A stretch of DNA of 62,576 nt, filler included, from Candidatus Nanoarchaeia archaeon (GTDB lineage: Archaea > Nanobdellota > Nanobdellia > Woesearchaeales > DATDTY01): NCBI GenBank assembly GCA_035290625.1. It is 6 parts of 6 records of this genome, joined end to end, with 100 filler letters (N's around TTAATTAATTAA, not from the genome) between each part and the next. Parts side by side here need not be neighbours in the genome. Positions count along the whole stretch, not along the records: positions 1 to 25,900 come from DATDTY010000056.1; 5 more parts are not named here. One strand, given 5' to 3'. The notes below the pieces were generated by a model. That model did no database searches, was not told where the DNA came from, and saw only the letters and a program-made list of their open reading frames with translations. How positions within the stretch are numbered: the first letter of the stretch is position 1; every line of letters begins with the position of its first letter. Shown piece by piece: positions 9,049 through 18,036 of the stretch. The position numbers and the translations under genes are program-made.

Positions 9049-9375
9049 TCAAGGATGTGCTAAATTCACAATAAGGCGATTTTTATCCGGCACAGAAACA
9101 AAGACTTCTTCACCGCCTTTCAGATTTAAGCTCCGGGCAACATCCCGGTTGATATACATGCCAAGCCCATCATGAGAAAGTTTTATTATTTTCTGTTTTA
9201 TTGCCAAGGGAGTCTCCGTTATTTTGATTTCGTTTATTGCCTTGCTGATTGATTTCTTTTCAAAATAAAAATATCCGCATTTGGCGCATTGATAACTCGT
9301 TACAGGACTATCTGCATCTTGAATTTTTACTTTGACTTCTTTCATCTTTCCATCACATTTTGGGCATTTTTCCAT
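9049..9375 (-). CDS. Zinc-ribbon plus AbrB-like domain protein (putative antitoxin)
   Basis: CPKC...CAKC; C-terminal LGMYINRDVARSLNLKGGEEV. Confidence 0.75.
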   Translation of the reverse strand: MEKCPKCDGKMKEVKVKIQDADSPVTSYQCAKCGYFYFEKKSISKAINEIKITETPLAIKQKIIKLSHDGLGMYINRDVARSLNLKGGEEVFVSVPDKNRLIVNLAHP

Positions 9376-9386
9376 ATTAATCATCT

Positions 9387-9600
9387 TTATTTTCTTTTGA
9401 CGTTTATAACATACAGGATTTTATCTTTCAATTCACACAAAATGTAAAACTTATCATCTTCAATTTCGATTTTATCGCCTTTCTTCCGCTTATTTTTAAT
9501 AACATATATCAGCCTGATAACTTCATTCCAACCTCAAGTACCTTTATGATAAAGCTCGAAATGTTCGCTTCTCCTTATTTCTTCCCGATATAGGTAATCA
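9387..9600 (-). pseudogene. Degraded small toxin-like gene upstream of the zinc-ribbon gene
   Basis: Frame EEIRRSEHFELYHKGT*GWNEVIRLIY...ILYVINVKRK has an internal TGA and no in-frame start. Confidence 0.45.
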
Positions 9601-9681
9601 TCTCTTTTTGACTATAATTTAATAGTCATAACTACTATATAGAACTTTGGAAACTGAGGGAATCCTCTAACGAAAACCGCA

Positions 9682-11133
9682 CTAATCCCTGCCGGAAAAA
9701 TAGACATGCTTCTTATGAAAACCGATAAGCTCAACGCCCGTCTTGCCATCCTGGGCAGGCTGGAGGTGTCCAACAGCTCTGGCCTCTAATCCGTATTTTT
9801 TAATAGCACGTATGGCTGCATCGGAATCTGCCGTCGATATAAATCCATCATTCCCCATCGGCCACATTCCATATGCCTCCTCTGCAGAGAGCTGCGCTGC
9901 TTCCACAAGAGCCAAGTCCCTGTAATCGGGCGGAAACAGGTCCTGCAACTTAATGAACAAGCCATGACTAGCTAAAGGCTTCGCAAGCTTTCCTTCGAAC
10001 GCTCCTCCGCTCATATGGTAGACGCTTGTTGCAAGGCTCTGATCAATAAGGTCTTTAAAGACACCGTAGAGGATTGTGGATGGCGCTGTGAGATACTCCA
10101 AAAATGGTTTCCCTTCCTCTTTGGTGTGCCAGTCCTCACCGAAGAGCCGAACCATGATCCTTCTTCTCACAGTAATGCCATTTGAGCGCGGATTTGGCTT
10201 GCCGCGAATTGCAACCAAGGACTCTCCAGCAGAAGGCTTCAAAGGATGCGCAAGCCGTTCCTCGTCAATGGTGCTTACAACAGAGCCGCTCAGATTGTAG
10301 CAAGACTCTGAGTAGCCTCGGATGCGGTCGCCTACATCTTCCCTGCAAAGAAGGGAAAGAAATCCCAATTCCTTTGCAACTGCCTGTGCCTCAGCAGCGA
10401 TCCTGCCAAAAGGGATATCCCCTCTTGTTTCAACAACGCCAGCAACAACCTTGGGGTCAGCTCCAAGTTTGCTTGCGTCATCAAGAGTCATGGCATCGAA
10501 ATCATGGATCACTTTTTCATAGCTTCCTGAGCGCTCATAGCATTCTACCTTGGTCCCAACTCCGTCAGCATTGATAAAAACAGGCTTTCCCTGATGATCG
10601 AATAGGGCATAACGAAATGTCCGGCTTGCAAAAACCCCAGGAATGGCAGCCATAGGATACCTGTCCTTCGGTGCAATGCTGATCATCGTTCCAATGCTGT
10701 TAGCAATTCCGTTCACCCGGCTCCCAAGACCTGCCAGCTCTCCATTCAGGATCGCTAGGCCATGCTGATCTGCTTTTTCTTTAAGAGTTCCAGTAATAGC
10801 CGCCAAAACATCCAATCTGATCTTAGGGATGTCAATCACATCAGCAAAGCCATGTGGCTGGAATCCCATTTCCTCTGCCTGGCCAACCAAACGGTCCACT
10901 AAAGAAGCAGTGTACTTCTCAAGATTAGGCTCCTTAGGATCCCCAGCCGCTGAATGCACTGCAGCATAATAATCTTGGGGTATCCTCAAAACATTAATCC
11001 CGTGCATCCCTTCCTTAATTATATCCACAAGCTTTGAATTCCTTAGCGTCTGAGCTACCTGCTGTGCAATCAAGGCAGAACCCGTGTCACCACTCTTTAT
11101 CACAGTTTCGATGTAGTCTTCGACGTTTCCCAT
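9682..11133 (-). CDS. purM: AIR synthase (PurM-like) with duplicated N-terminal domain
   Basis: DGVGTK, RSNG, YLTAPSTILY, H.SGG; extra N-terminal AIRS-like unit ending ILNGELA. Confidence 0.8.
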   Translation of the reverse strand: MGNVEDYIETVIKSGDTGSALIAQQVAQTLRNSKLVDIIKEGMHGINVLRIPQDYYAAVHSAAGDPKEPNLEKYTASLVDRLVGQAEEMGFQPHGFADVIDIPKIRLDVLAAITGTLKEKADQHGLAILNGELAGLGSRVNGIANSIGTMISIAPKDRYPMAAIPGVFASRTFRYALFDHQGKPVFINADGVGTKVECYERSGSYEKVIHDFDAMTLDDASKLGADPKVVAGVVETRGDIPFGRIAAEAQAVAKELGFLSLLCREDVGDRIRGYSESCYNLSGSVVSTIDEERLAHPLKPSAGESLVAIRGKPNPRSNGITVRRRIMVRLFGEDWHTKEEGKPFLEYLTAPSTILYGVFKDLIDQSLATSVYHMSGGAFEGKLAKPLASHGLFIKLQDLFPPDYRDLALVEAAQLSAEEAYGMWPMGNDGFISTADSDAAIRAIKKYGLEARAVGHLQPAQDGKTGVELIGFHKKHVYFSGRD

Positions 11134-11138
11134 TCTCT

Positions 11139-12698
11139 TCACTCCCACTCTACCGTTGCAGGAGGCTTCTGCGAGGTGTCATAAAAAACACGGCAGACAC
11201 CTGGAACCTCGTTCATGATTCGGGTAGAGATCGCCTGCAGATCATCCAGCTCAAAAGGATAGGCATCAGCAGTCATGAAATCACGGGTAACAATGGCCCT
11301 CAACGCCACAATTGCCTCATGGACATGTTTATCCCCCTTGACTCCGACAGCCTTTGAATCAAGGACTCCTGCAAATGCCTGGCTTACCTTTCTGCATAAT
11401 CCTCTTTGGTTTAATTCTTCCATAAAAATCGCATCTGCTTTTCTCACGATATCGAGCTTTTCAGGCGTAACTGCCCCAATGATGCGGACTGCAAGCCCGG
11501 GGCCTGGAAATGGATGCTGCCAGACAACCTCTTCAGGGATGCCAAGTTCCTCAAGAGCGATCTTCCTCACTTCATCCTTGAAGAGATCCCGGAAAGGCTC
11601 AACAAGCTGATGCCTCAGGTCTTCAGGCAATCCCCCGACATTATGATGGCGTTTTATCGTCGAAGAAGAGCCATGAACAGCAACGCTCTCGATCACATCA
11701 GGGTAGAGAGTACCCTGGAGAAGATAGTCTATCTTGATGCCTTCGCGCTGTTCGATTTTCCGAGATTCTTCTTCAAAAACCCGGATGAACGTAGTGCCAA
11801 TGATCTTCCTCTTTTTATCAGAATCAACAACCGGGCTGAAGCTTGACGGAGAGTTCAGCTTACTGAGAAATCTTTGGGAAGCATCCACAAAATAGAGGCC
11901 AATCCCAAGCTTGCCAAGCCTTTGCTTTACTTCCTCTGCTTCATTAAGCCTCAACAATCCAGTATCAACAAAAATAGGATAGAAGCTTTTTCCTGCAATC
12001 CTATTCATAAGGACAGCGGCTGTTGTCGAGTCAACCCCGCCGCTCACCGCCCCTATCCCGTGTTTTCCTTCAACCTGCCTGGAAATGGCTTCAACAATCA
12101 TTTCATATTGTTTTGCAGAATTCCAGGTTCTTTGGGCATTGCATATCTTCAGGAAATTGTCAAGGATCTTCCTTCCATAGGTGGTATGGTCAACCTCTGG
12201 ATGGAACTGGACTGCGTAGATATTTCTGTGTGTATTCTGCATTGAGGCGACATGGCCTGCTGCTGACTTGGCAACAATCTGGAAACCAGAAGGAGCTTCT
12301 GTAACAACATCGCCATGGCTCATCCAGACAGTGAACTGTGTTTCAGGCAGGGAGCTGAAGAGTGGGCTTTCGGCAAGAACATTGAGTGTTGTCTTGCCAT
12401 ATTCCTTGTTGCTGGTCTGCTCCACCTTCCCCCCCAGTAGATAAGCAATCGACTGCTGGCCATAGCAGATGCCTAGGATTGGAACAGGGCTTTCCAGGAT
12501 CTCTTTTGGATAAAGCGGGCTGCCCTTTTCATACACGCTGTACTGGCCTCCTGAGATGATAATGCCCTCAAGATCTGACTTGAAGATCTCAGAAGGAATG
12601 GTATGGAAAGGAACAATCTCTGCATATACTTTATGCTCTCTCACCCTTCTTGCAATGTTTTGGGTGTACTGGCTTCCGCAGTCGATGATTCGGATCAT
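11139..12698 (-). CDS. guaA: GMP synthase (fused glutaminase and synthetase)
   Basis: GSQYTQ, PILGICYG, QFHPEV, SGGVDS, QGTLYPDVIES, PFPGPGL, KPPATVEWE. Confidence 0.97.
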   Translation of the reverse strand: MIRIIDCGSQYTQNIARRVREHKVYAEIVPFHTIPSEIFKSDLEGIIISGGQYSVYEKGSPLYPKEILESPVPILGICYGQQSIAYLLGGKVEQTSNKEYGKTTLNVLAESPLFSSLPETQFTVWMSHGDVVTEAPSGFQIVAKSAAGHVASMQNTHRNIYAVQFHPEVDHTTYGRKILDNFLKICNAQRTWNSAKQYEMIVEAISRQVEGKHGIGAVSGGVDSTTAAVLMNRIAGKSFYPIFVDTGLLRLNEAEEVKQRLGKLGIGLYFVDASQRFLSKLNSPSSFSPVVDSDKKRKIIGTTFIRVFEEESRKIEQREGIKIDYLLQGTLYPDVIESVAVHGSSSTIKRHHNVGGLPEDLRHQLVEPFRDLFKDEVRKIALEELGIPEEVVWQHPFPGPGLAVRIIGAVTPEKLDIVRKADAIFMEELNQRGLCRKVSQAFAGVLDSKAVGVKGDKHVHEAIVALRAIVTRDFMTADAYPFELDDLQAISTRIMNEVPGVCRVFYDTSQKPPATVEWE

Positions 12699-12700
12699 TG

Positions 12701-14026
12701 CTAATGCTTAAAGCTCCTCTGGCCTGTAAACACCATTGTTGCTCCTGCTTCATTGCATGCTTGGATGGCCTCAAAATCCCTCTCGCTTCCTCCGGGCTGG
12801 ATGATTGCAGTAATCCCTTCATTCAGGCACACATCAACACCATCCCTGAACGGAAAGAATGCGTCTGAAACTGCAACTGCGCCTTCAAGTCCTCCCTTGC
12901 TTTCTTGTGCAGACCAGAGGATGGATCTTTGAAGCTGCTGGGGGTCTTTAAGAGACTCAAAGATTTCCCTGCTTTTCCTGGTAGGAATCTCCTTACCGCT
13001 GAGGCCAAGCTCCAGCTCATTGAAAGAGAGCGCTCCGGTTTCCTGGAAACAAAGAGTATCCTTACAATTATCGTAAGCCTTTCTCACCGCTTGCTTTGCA
13101 ATGCCTACGCGATCCTGGCCACCAGTTCCGATAGAGACTGTTGCCAAATCCTTAACAAAGAGGACTGAATTTGACGCCACTCCACTTTCCACAAGCCATC
13201 CAAACCCCATATCCAGATATTCTGCTTCAGTCGGCGTTCTCTTGATCTCAAATCTTCCTCGTGTTTTTGTTTCATGATAGCCTAAGGGCAGGGCCTTGAT
13301 ATCATCCAAGGTTCGTGCCTGAGGGATGAATGAGGTCTGCACAAGCTGCCCTCCATCTATGAGAGTTTTGAACTCCAAGACAGGAAACCCGATATACTCA
13401 TGCAGCCCGTCCATGTTGGCTATCCTCATGACTCTCAGATTCTTTGATGTTGCCAGGATGCCCAGGACTCCTTCCTCATAGTCAGGAGCTACCACAACCT
13501 CTGAATAGTTCTGGATAATAGCTTCTGCAGTCTCCTTATCAAGAGTGCGGTTTAATGCAATTGTCCCGCCAAAAGCAGCAACCCGATCAGCCATGTTTGC
13601 TTTTTGGTATGCATCCAGCAGCGTAGTTCCAACCGCGACTCCGCATGGGTTGTTATGCTTCATGATTGCTGCAACAGGAGCATCCATGAAATATCTCAGG
13701 ATATTCAATGCATTGTCAGGATCAGTGATGTTGGTCTTGCCTGGATGCTTCCCTGACTGGAGAAGCTCAGGGCTTGATGCAAGCCACTTCCCATCATATA
13801 ATATCCGCACATCACCAAGCACAAGATTCCCGTTAATGGGCTTATACAACGCAGCCGTCTGGCCAGGGTTGTCTCCATATCTCAATCCCTTTATTTCGCC
13901 TCCGATCTCCCACCCTACTTTCTCATACAGAAATACGGACTCCCCAAATCTGATCTCCATAGTACTTGGAAAATGGTCTCCAAGGATTGTTTTATACATT
14001 GTCTGAAGTTTTTCCATTTTATTCAC
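12701..14026 (-). CDS. purH: AICAR transformylase (C-terminal half of PurH)
   Basis: LRYGDNP.Q, KHNNPCG, AFGG, SNSV, SDAFFPFRDG, IIQPGGS, TGQRSFKH. Confidence 0.9.
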   Translation of the reverse strand: MNKMEKLQTMYKTILGDHFPSTMEIRFGESVFLYEKVGWEIGGEIKGLRYGDNPGQTAALYKPINGNLVLGDVRILYDGKWLASSPELLQSGKHPGKTNITDPDNALNILRYFMDAPVAAIMKHNNPCGVAVGTTLLDAYQKANMADRVAAFGGTIALNRTLDKETAEAIIQNYSEVVVAPDYEEGVLGILATSKNLRVMRIANMDGLHEYIGFPVLEFKTLIDGGQLVQTSFIPQARTLDDIKALPLGYHETKTRGRFEIKRTPTEAEYLDMGFGWLVESGVASNSVLFVKDLATVSIGTGGQDRVGIAKQAVRKAYDNCKDTLCFQETGALSFNELELGLSGKEIPTRKSREIFESLKDPQQLQRSILWSAQESKGGLEGAVAVSDAFFPFRDGVDVCLNEGITAIIQPGGSERDFEAIQACNEAGATMVFTGQRSFKH

Positions 14027-14775
14027 CTCGTATCAGAAAATGTGTAGCAGTTCCGAAGAGCCTGACGATTCCGCACAATCTCGTTAAGCATATACCTAGC
14101 AATAGTATTGTCGTATGCAGCACTCATTTCAAAAGCCTTTGGAGCAAGTTCCGTCCTCTGGTCAAATGTCGTGCAGCCATCATTCGCCAGGATGGTCTGC
14201 AGAACACGTACGTAATCAGCGGGATCACAGACAGCAGCGCAACCAAGAAAATTCTTCGAAGCTCCGCGTATCATTGCAGGCCCTCCAATATCAATGTTCC
14301 CCCGTGCTGACTCAAAATCATAAGGTTTTCCTGTTTTCGGATTGACTTCGCCAGCCTGAATCTTAGAAACAATATCCTTGAAAGGATAAAGATTCACCAC
14401 AACCATATCGATATACACTGCTCCACCAAGTTGATCTTGGAGATAGGCCTGATGAGCTGGGTTATTCCGCTCCCCCAATATACCTGCATGAATCTTAGGG
14501 TGCAGAGTCTTGACTAATCCCCCTTCCATCTCAGGGAATTGTGTGTACTCTGCAACTTCAGTCAAATGCTTTTCTGCCGAGGGTCCCAGGATTGCTTCAA
14601 TTGATTTATACGTTCCTCCTGTCGACATGATCATAACTTCCATTCCATTTGCATCTTGTGCTTCGACCAATCCAGGGATTAATACCTCGAGCCCTGTCTT
14701 GTCAAAAACACTCACCAGAACATTCTTTACAGGTATTTTATCATCAACGGTTCCTTGTGCGTCTCGTATAGTCAT
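14023..14775 (-). CDS. purH: IMP cyclohydrolase (N-terminal MGS-like half of PurH)
   Basis: LVSVFDKTG, STGGT, VKTLHPKIH.GIL, VVVNLYPF, IDIGGP. Confidence 0.92.
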   Translation of the reverse strand: MTIRDAQGTVDDKIPVKNVLVSVFDKTGLEVLIPGLVEAQDANGMEVMIMSTGGTYKSIEAILGPSAEKHLTEVAEYTQFPEMEGGLVKTLHPKIHAGILGERNNPAHQAYLQDQLGGAVYIDMVVVNLYPFKDIVSKIQAGEVNPKTGKPYDFESARGNIDIGGPAMIRGASKNFLGCAAVCDPADYVRVLQTILANDGCTTFDQRTELAPKAFEMSAAYDNTIARYMLNEIVRNRQALRNCYTFSDTR

Positions 14776-14798
14776 TGTTCGACCTCAGCCTGCTTTTT

Positions 14799-15794
14799 TT
14801 ACTCACCCACTCCAAACTGCCATCCATTCGGGATTTGCACACCGTCAAAATAGAGACTGCCTTTTCCATCCTTTGCATATTTCCCTCTTGCTAATGAATC
14901 AATCACTTTTGGAAATATGACCCAATCTCCATGCACCTTTAATCGCTCCTGGCAGTCTTTTGCATAGCCATAAAGGGGATATTTTTCAGCAGTTATCTGG
15001 TCTAAGTCAGGGAGCTCGGTCCCTCTTTGCTGCGCTGCTGCCAGAGGCCCATTCACCAATGGCTTGGCCTGGTCCATGATGGCGTTAAACCCGTCCATAA
15101 ATGCTTTGATTTCCTTAATGATATTTCCACCACCTAAGGCCGCAACCCTGTCATCCAGATCCAGGATTTCCCGCGAAAGCGGCTGGGGCTCTGAGATACC
15201 CATCAAAGGGCCGCAGTCAAGATCAGGAGTTACGAGATGCACAGAGGTGTATACCTCATTCTCCCCTGCAAGGATAGCCTTTGCGCTAGGAATCCAGCCC
15301 AGACCCCGGTATTTCGGCCTCCCGTTGCTTCCTCGGACACGCAAATCTCCAGGATGGACATTGACTGTAACAAAATTCTCGCAGATTACAGGAGTGACCA
15401 CCCAGTCATAGCCTGCGAGGCAAACTGCATCCACAGAAAACAGCTTTAAGGCTTCACTCTGGACAACATCATAGTTGGCACGCACGTCCATGTCGCTCAG
15501 GGCGTGTTCCCTCTCATTCGCCTTTTTATAGTAACTTTGTATAGGATTACAGAAAAGGTTGATATCAATACCTTTCTCCTTGTACTCCTCCTGGATTGTT
15601 GAGGCGTTGGATTCCATATTATCAGTAAAAAGAAAGACAGGCTCAAAGGAAACATCTCCGCTTGAGCGTTGCTCAATATACGTGTCAAGTATCTTCTTCA
15701 CATTCGAGCCTGTGCCTGACATGAATAAGGCAAGCCTCATCGGATCCTTCTTGGGAGAGTAGAGTGGCGTCAGATCCAAAGTTCCGTTTCTCAT
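14799..15794 (-). CDS. purN: Phosphoribosylglycinamide formyltransferase-like protein, extended
   Basis: FMSGTGSN, LAGY, NVHP, SVH.V...LD.GP. Confidence 0.8.
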   Translation of the reverse strand: MRNGTLDLTPLYSPKKDPMRLALFMSGTGSNVKKILDTYIEQRSSGDVSFEPVFLFTDNMESNASTIQEEYKEKGIDINLFCNPIQSYYKKANEREHALSDMDVRANYDVVQSEALKLFSVDAVCLAGYDWVVTPVICENFVTVNVHPGDLRVRGSNGRPKYRGLGWIPSAKAILAGENEVYTSVHLVTPDLDCGPLMGISEPQPLSREILDLDDRVAALGGGNIIKEIKAFMDGFNAIMDQAKPLVNGPLAAAQQRGTELPDLDQITAEKYPLYGYAKDCQERLKVHGDWVIFPKVIDSLARGKYAKDGKGSLYFDGVQIPNGWQFGVGE

Positions 15795-17119
15795 TTTAAC
15801 CCCTTTGCCCCAATATCCGTTCGGTAATGGAAGACGTTCCGATTATTAGCTCCCATTGTTGCTGCATCAATAAATTGGACAGACGCATAGGCTTGCTCCA
15901 GTGCTTCAGCCAAGCCTTGCTCTGAATAGCTTGTGACTCCCAATACACGCCCGCTTGCAGTCACTACTTCATCCTTATCATCTATTGCGGTTCCGGCATG
16001 AAAGACTTTGACATGCCAAGCAGCTGTCTCCTTTAATCCTGAGATTGGAAATCCTGTCGCAAAATTTTCTCGTTCACCATATCCATCTGAAGCCATCACC
16101 ACGCAACAAGCAGCGCCTTCCTTAAGAGGGAATAGGGCCTCATGCAGCCTTCCTTCCAAAGCAAGTTTTATTGGCTGATAGAGCCCTGACTTTAGCATCA
16201 TCACAAGAGCCTGGGTCTCAGGATCTCCCAGCCTGCAGTTGTACTCCAGAACCTTTGGGCCTTCTACTGTCATAATCATGCCTGCATAGAGGAAGCCGGT
16301 ATAGGGCGTTTCTATCTCTGCAAGCTTGCGGATAATGGGGGTCATCATGGTATCTGCAGCCCTACGCACAATGTCTGCATCAGCAATAGGGACAGGGCAG
16401 TAAGCGCCCATTCCGCCTGTGTTCGGGCCTTGGTCATTATCGTAAAGAGGCTTATGGTCCTGTACAGCAGTCTCAATTGGAAGGAAGCTTTTCCCGTCTG
16501 CAATTCCAAACACAGAGAATTCCTGGCCAAAGAGGCGCTCAACAACAAGGAGTTCATGGCCATATTTTTCTGCATGGCTGTCAAGCTTTGCTAATGCCTC
16601 TTCTTTGGTGCCGCAAACCAGGACTCCTTTGCCTCCTGTGGGGCCACGAGGCTTGAGAACAACGCCCTCGGAATCCACTTTAGGTATCCATTTCCTTGCA
16701 GAACCCGGATTGGGGCAGAGATACGATGCTGCCCTTGGTATGCCAAGCGATGCCATCAGCTGCTCAGAGAGGAATTTATCTGCCTCTATCTGAGATGCCC
16801 GTGCTGTCGGCCCGAATATATGCGTATATCCCCGGTCATGGAAAAAATCAGTAATTCCATCAAGAAGGGGCTGCTCAGGACCAACAACAATCATCTCTAT
16901 GGATTCCTTTTCAACAATATCTGCAAGCTTTTCAAAATTCACTTTTTTTGTTCCATCAAGAGGCTTTGCGTCAACAACTACATTCCTGGATTTCTCCTCT
17001 GCTGCTGTTCCGGGATTTCCTTTTGCATACAGAACCTCTTCAACCTCAGGATCCTGTGCTATGCTCCATCCTAATGCGTGCTCCCGCCCGCCATTTCCGA
17101 CAATCATAACCTTTGCCAT
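15791..17119 (-). CDS. purD: Phosphoribosylamine-glycine ligase
   Basis: G.GGREHAL, VVGPE.PL, QDHK, GPNTGGMGAY, EYN.RLGDPE, FHAGT, GRVL. Confidence 0.96.
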   Translation of the reverse strand: MAKVMIVGNGGREHALGWSIAQDPEVEEVLYAKGNPGTAAEEKSRNVVVDAKPLDGTKKVNFEKLADIVEKESIEMIVVGPEQPLLDGITDFFHDRGYTHIFGPTARASQIEADKFLSEQLMASLGIPRAASYLCPNPGSARKWIPKVDSEGVVLKPRGPTGGKGVLVCGTKEEALAKLDSHAEKYGHELLVVERLFGQEFSVFGIADGKSFLPIETAVQDHKPLYDNDQGPNTGGMGAYCPVPIADADIVRRAADTMMTPIIRKLAEIETPYTGFLYAGMIMTVEGPKVLEYNCRLGDPETQALVMMLKSGLYQPIKLALEGRLHEALFPLKEGAACCVVMASDGYGERENFATGFPISGLKETAAWHVKVFHAGTAIDDKDEVVTASGRVLGVTSYSEQGLAEALEQAYASVQFIDAATMGANNRNVFHYRTDIGAKGLK

Positions 17120-17130
17120 TGTTTCACCTC

Positions 17131-18036
17131 TTACATCAAATGCTGAGCTGCATAGTCAACTCCATTCTTCAATATCTGAAGCCCTGCTCCTTCTTTGGGC
17201 AGGCTTCCAGCTAACCTCAGCCTTTCAGCAATTGCAGGATTATCCTTGTCAACATAGCTTCTTTCCAAAATCCTCTGCAATGAAGCAAGAGGATGGTTCA
17301 AAGGAGTATTGTATCTTTCAGGATGGGGCATCAAGCCGAATATCCTTCCAGTCGGATCGCAGATCCCTGCAATTGCCTCCAAAGATCCATTGGGATTATC
17401 TGGAACCTCCTTTGCTGGATTTCCATCCTGATCAACATATTGATACACAACCTGCCCATTGTCAAATAATCTTCTGAGCGTGTCCGGAGCTGCATAGAAC
17501 TTGCCCTCGCCATGAGCAACAGGAAGCTCAATAGTGCTGATTCCATTGGTCCACACACAACTGTTGCCTTCAGCGGCCTTTAATCGTGTCCATCTGCATT
17601 CAAATCTCTGGCTGTCGTTATATGTCAAGGTTACGGTCTGTTCTTTCTGGCCATCAAACATCGGCAATAATCCTGCTTTCACAAGAATCTGAAAGCCATT
17701 GCAGATTCCGATAATCAGCTTTCCGTCATCAATAAATTTGCTAATCTCATCTCCAAGATACTGCTTTAACTCCTGGCTGGCTATGACTCCTGCATTTACA
17801 TAGTCTCCTTTGGAGAATCCTCCTGGAATCGCAAGGATATGGTAGTCACCAAGCCTTAGGATATCTACAGGACTGGCGCTCAATCTGCTTTGGCCGAAGA
17901 CAGGATTATAATGGTGCCGCAAAGAATTGATATGGACAATCTCTGCGTGTGCTCCGACCTGATTAAAGGCATGAGCAGCCTCTCTGTCGCAATTTGTTCC
18001 ATCAAACCGTATAACACAGACTCTTGGTTTTTTCAT
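17131..18036 (-). CDS. purQ: FGAM synthase glutaminase subunit
   Basis: GTNCD, PGGFS.GD, GICNGFQIL, AHGEG, NPNGS, GLMPHPER. Confidence 0.95.
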   Translation of the reverse strand: MKKPRVCVIRFDGTNCDREAAHAFNQVGAHAEIVHINSLRHHYNPVFGQSRLSASPVDILRLGDYHILAIPGGFSKGDYVNAGVIASQELKQYLGDEISKFIDDGKLIIGICNGFQILVKAGLLPMFDGQKEQTVTLTYNDSQRFECRWTRLKAAEGNSCVWTNGISTIELPVAHGEGKFYAAPDTLRRLFDNGQVVYQYVDQDGNPAKEVPDNPNGSLEAIAGICDPTGRIFGLMPHPERYNTPLNHPLASLQRILERSYVDKDNPAIAERLRLAGSLPKEGAGLQILKNGVDYAAQHLM

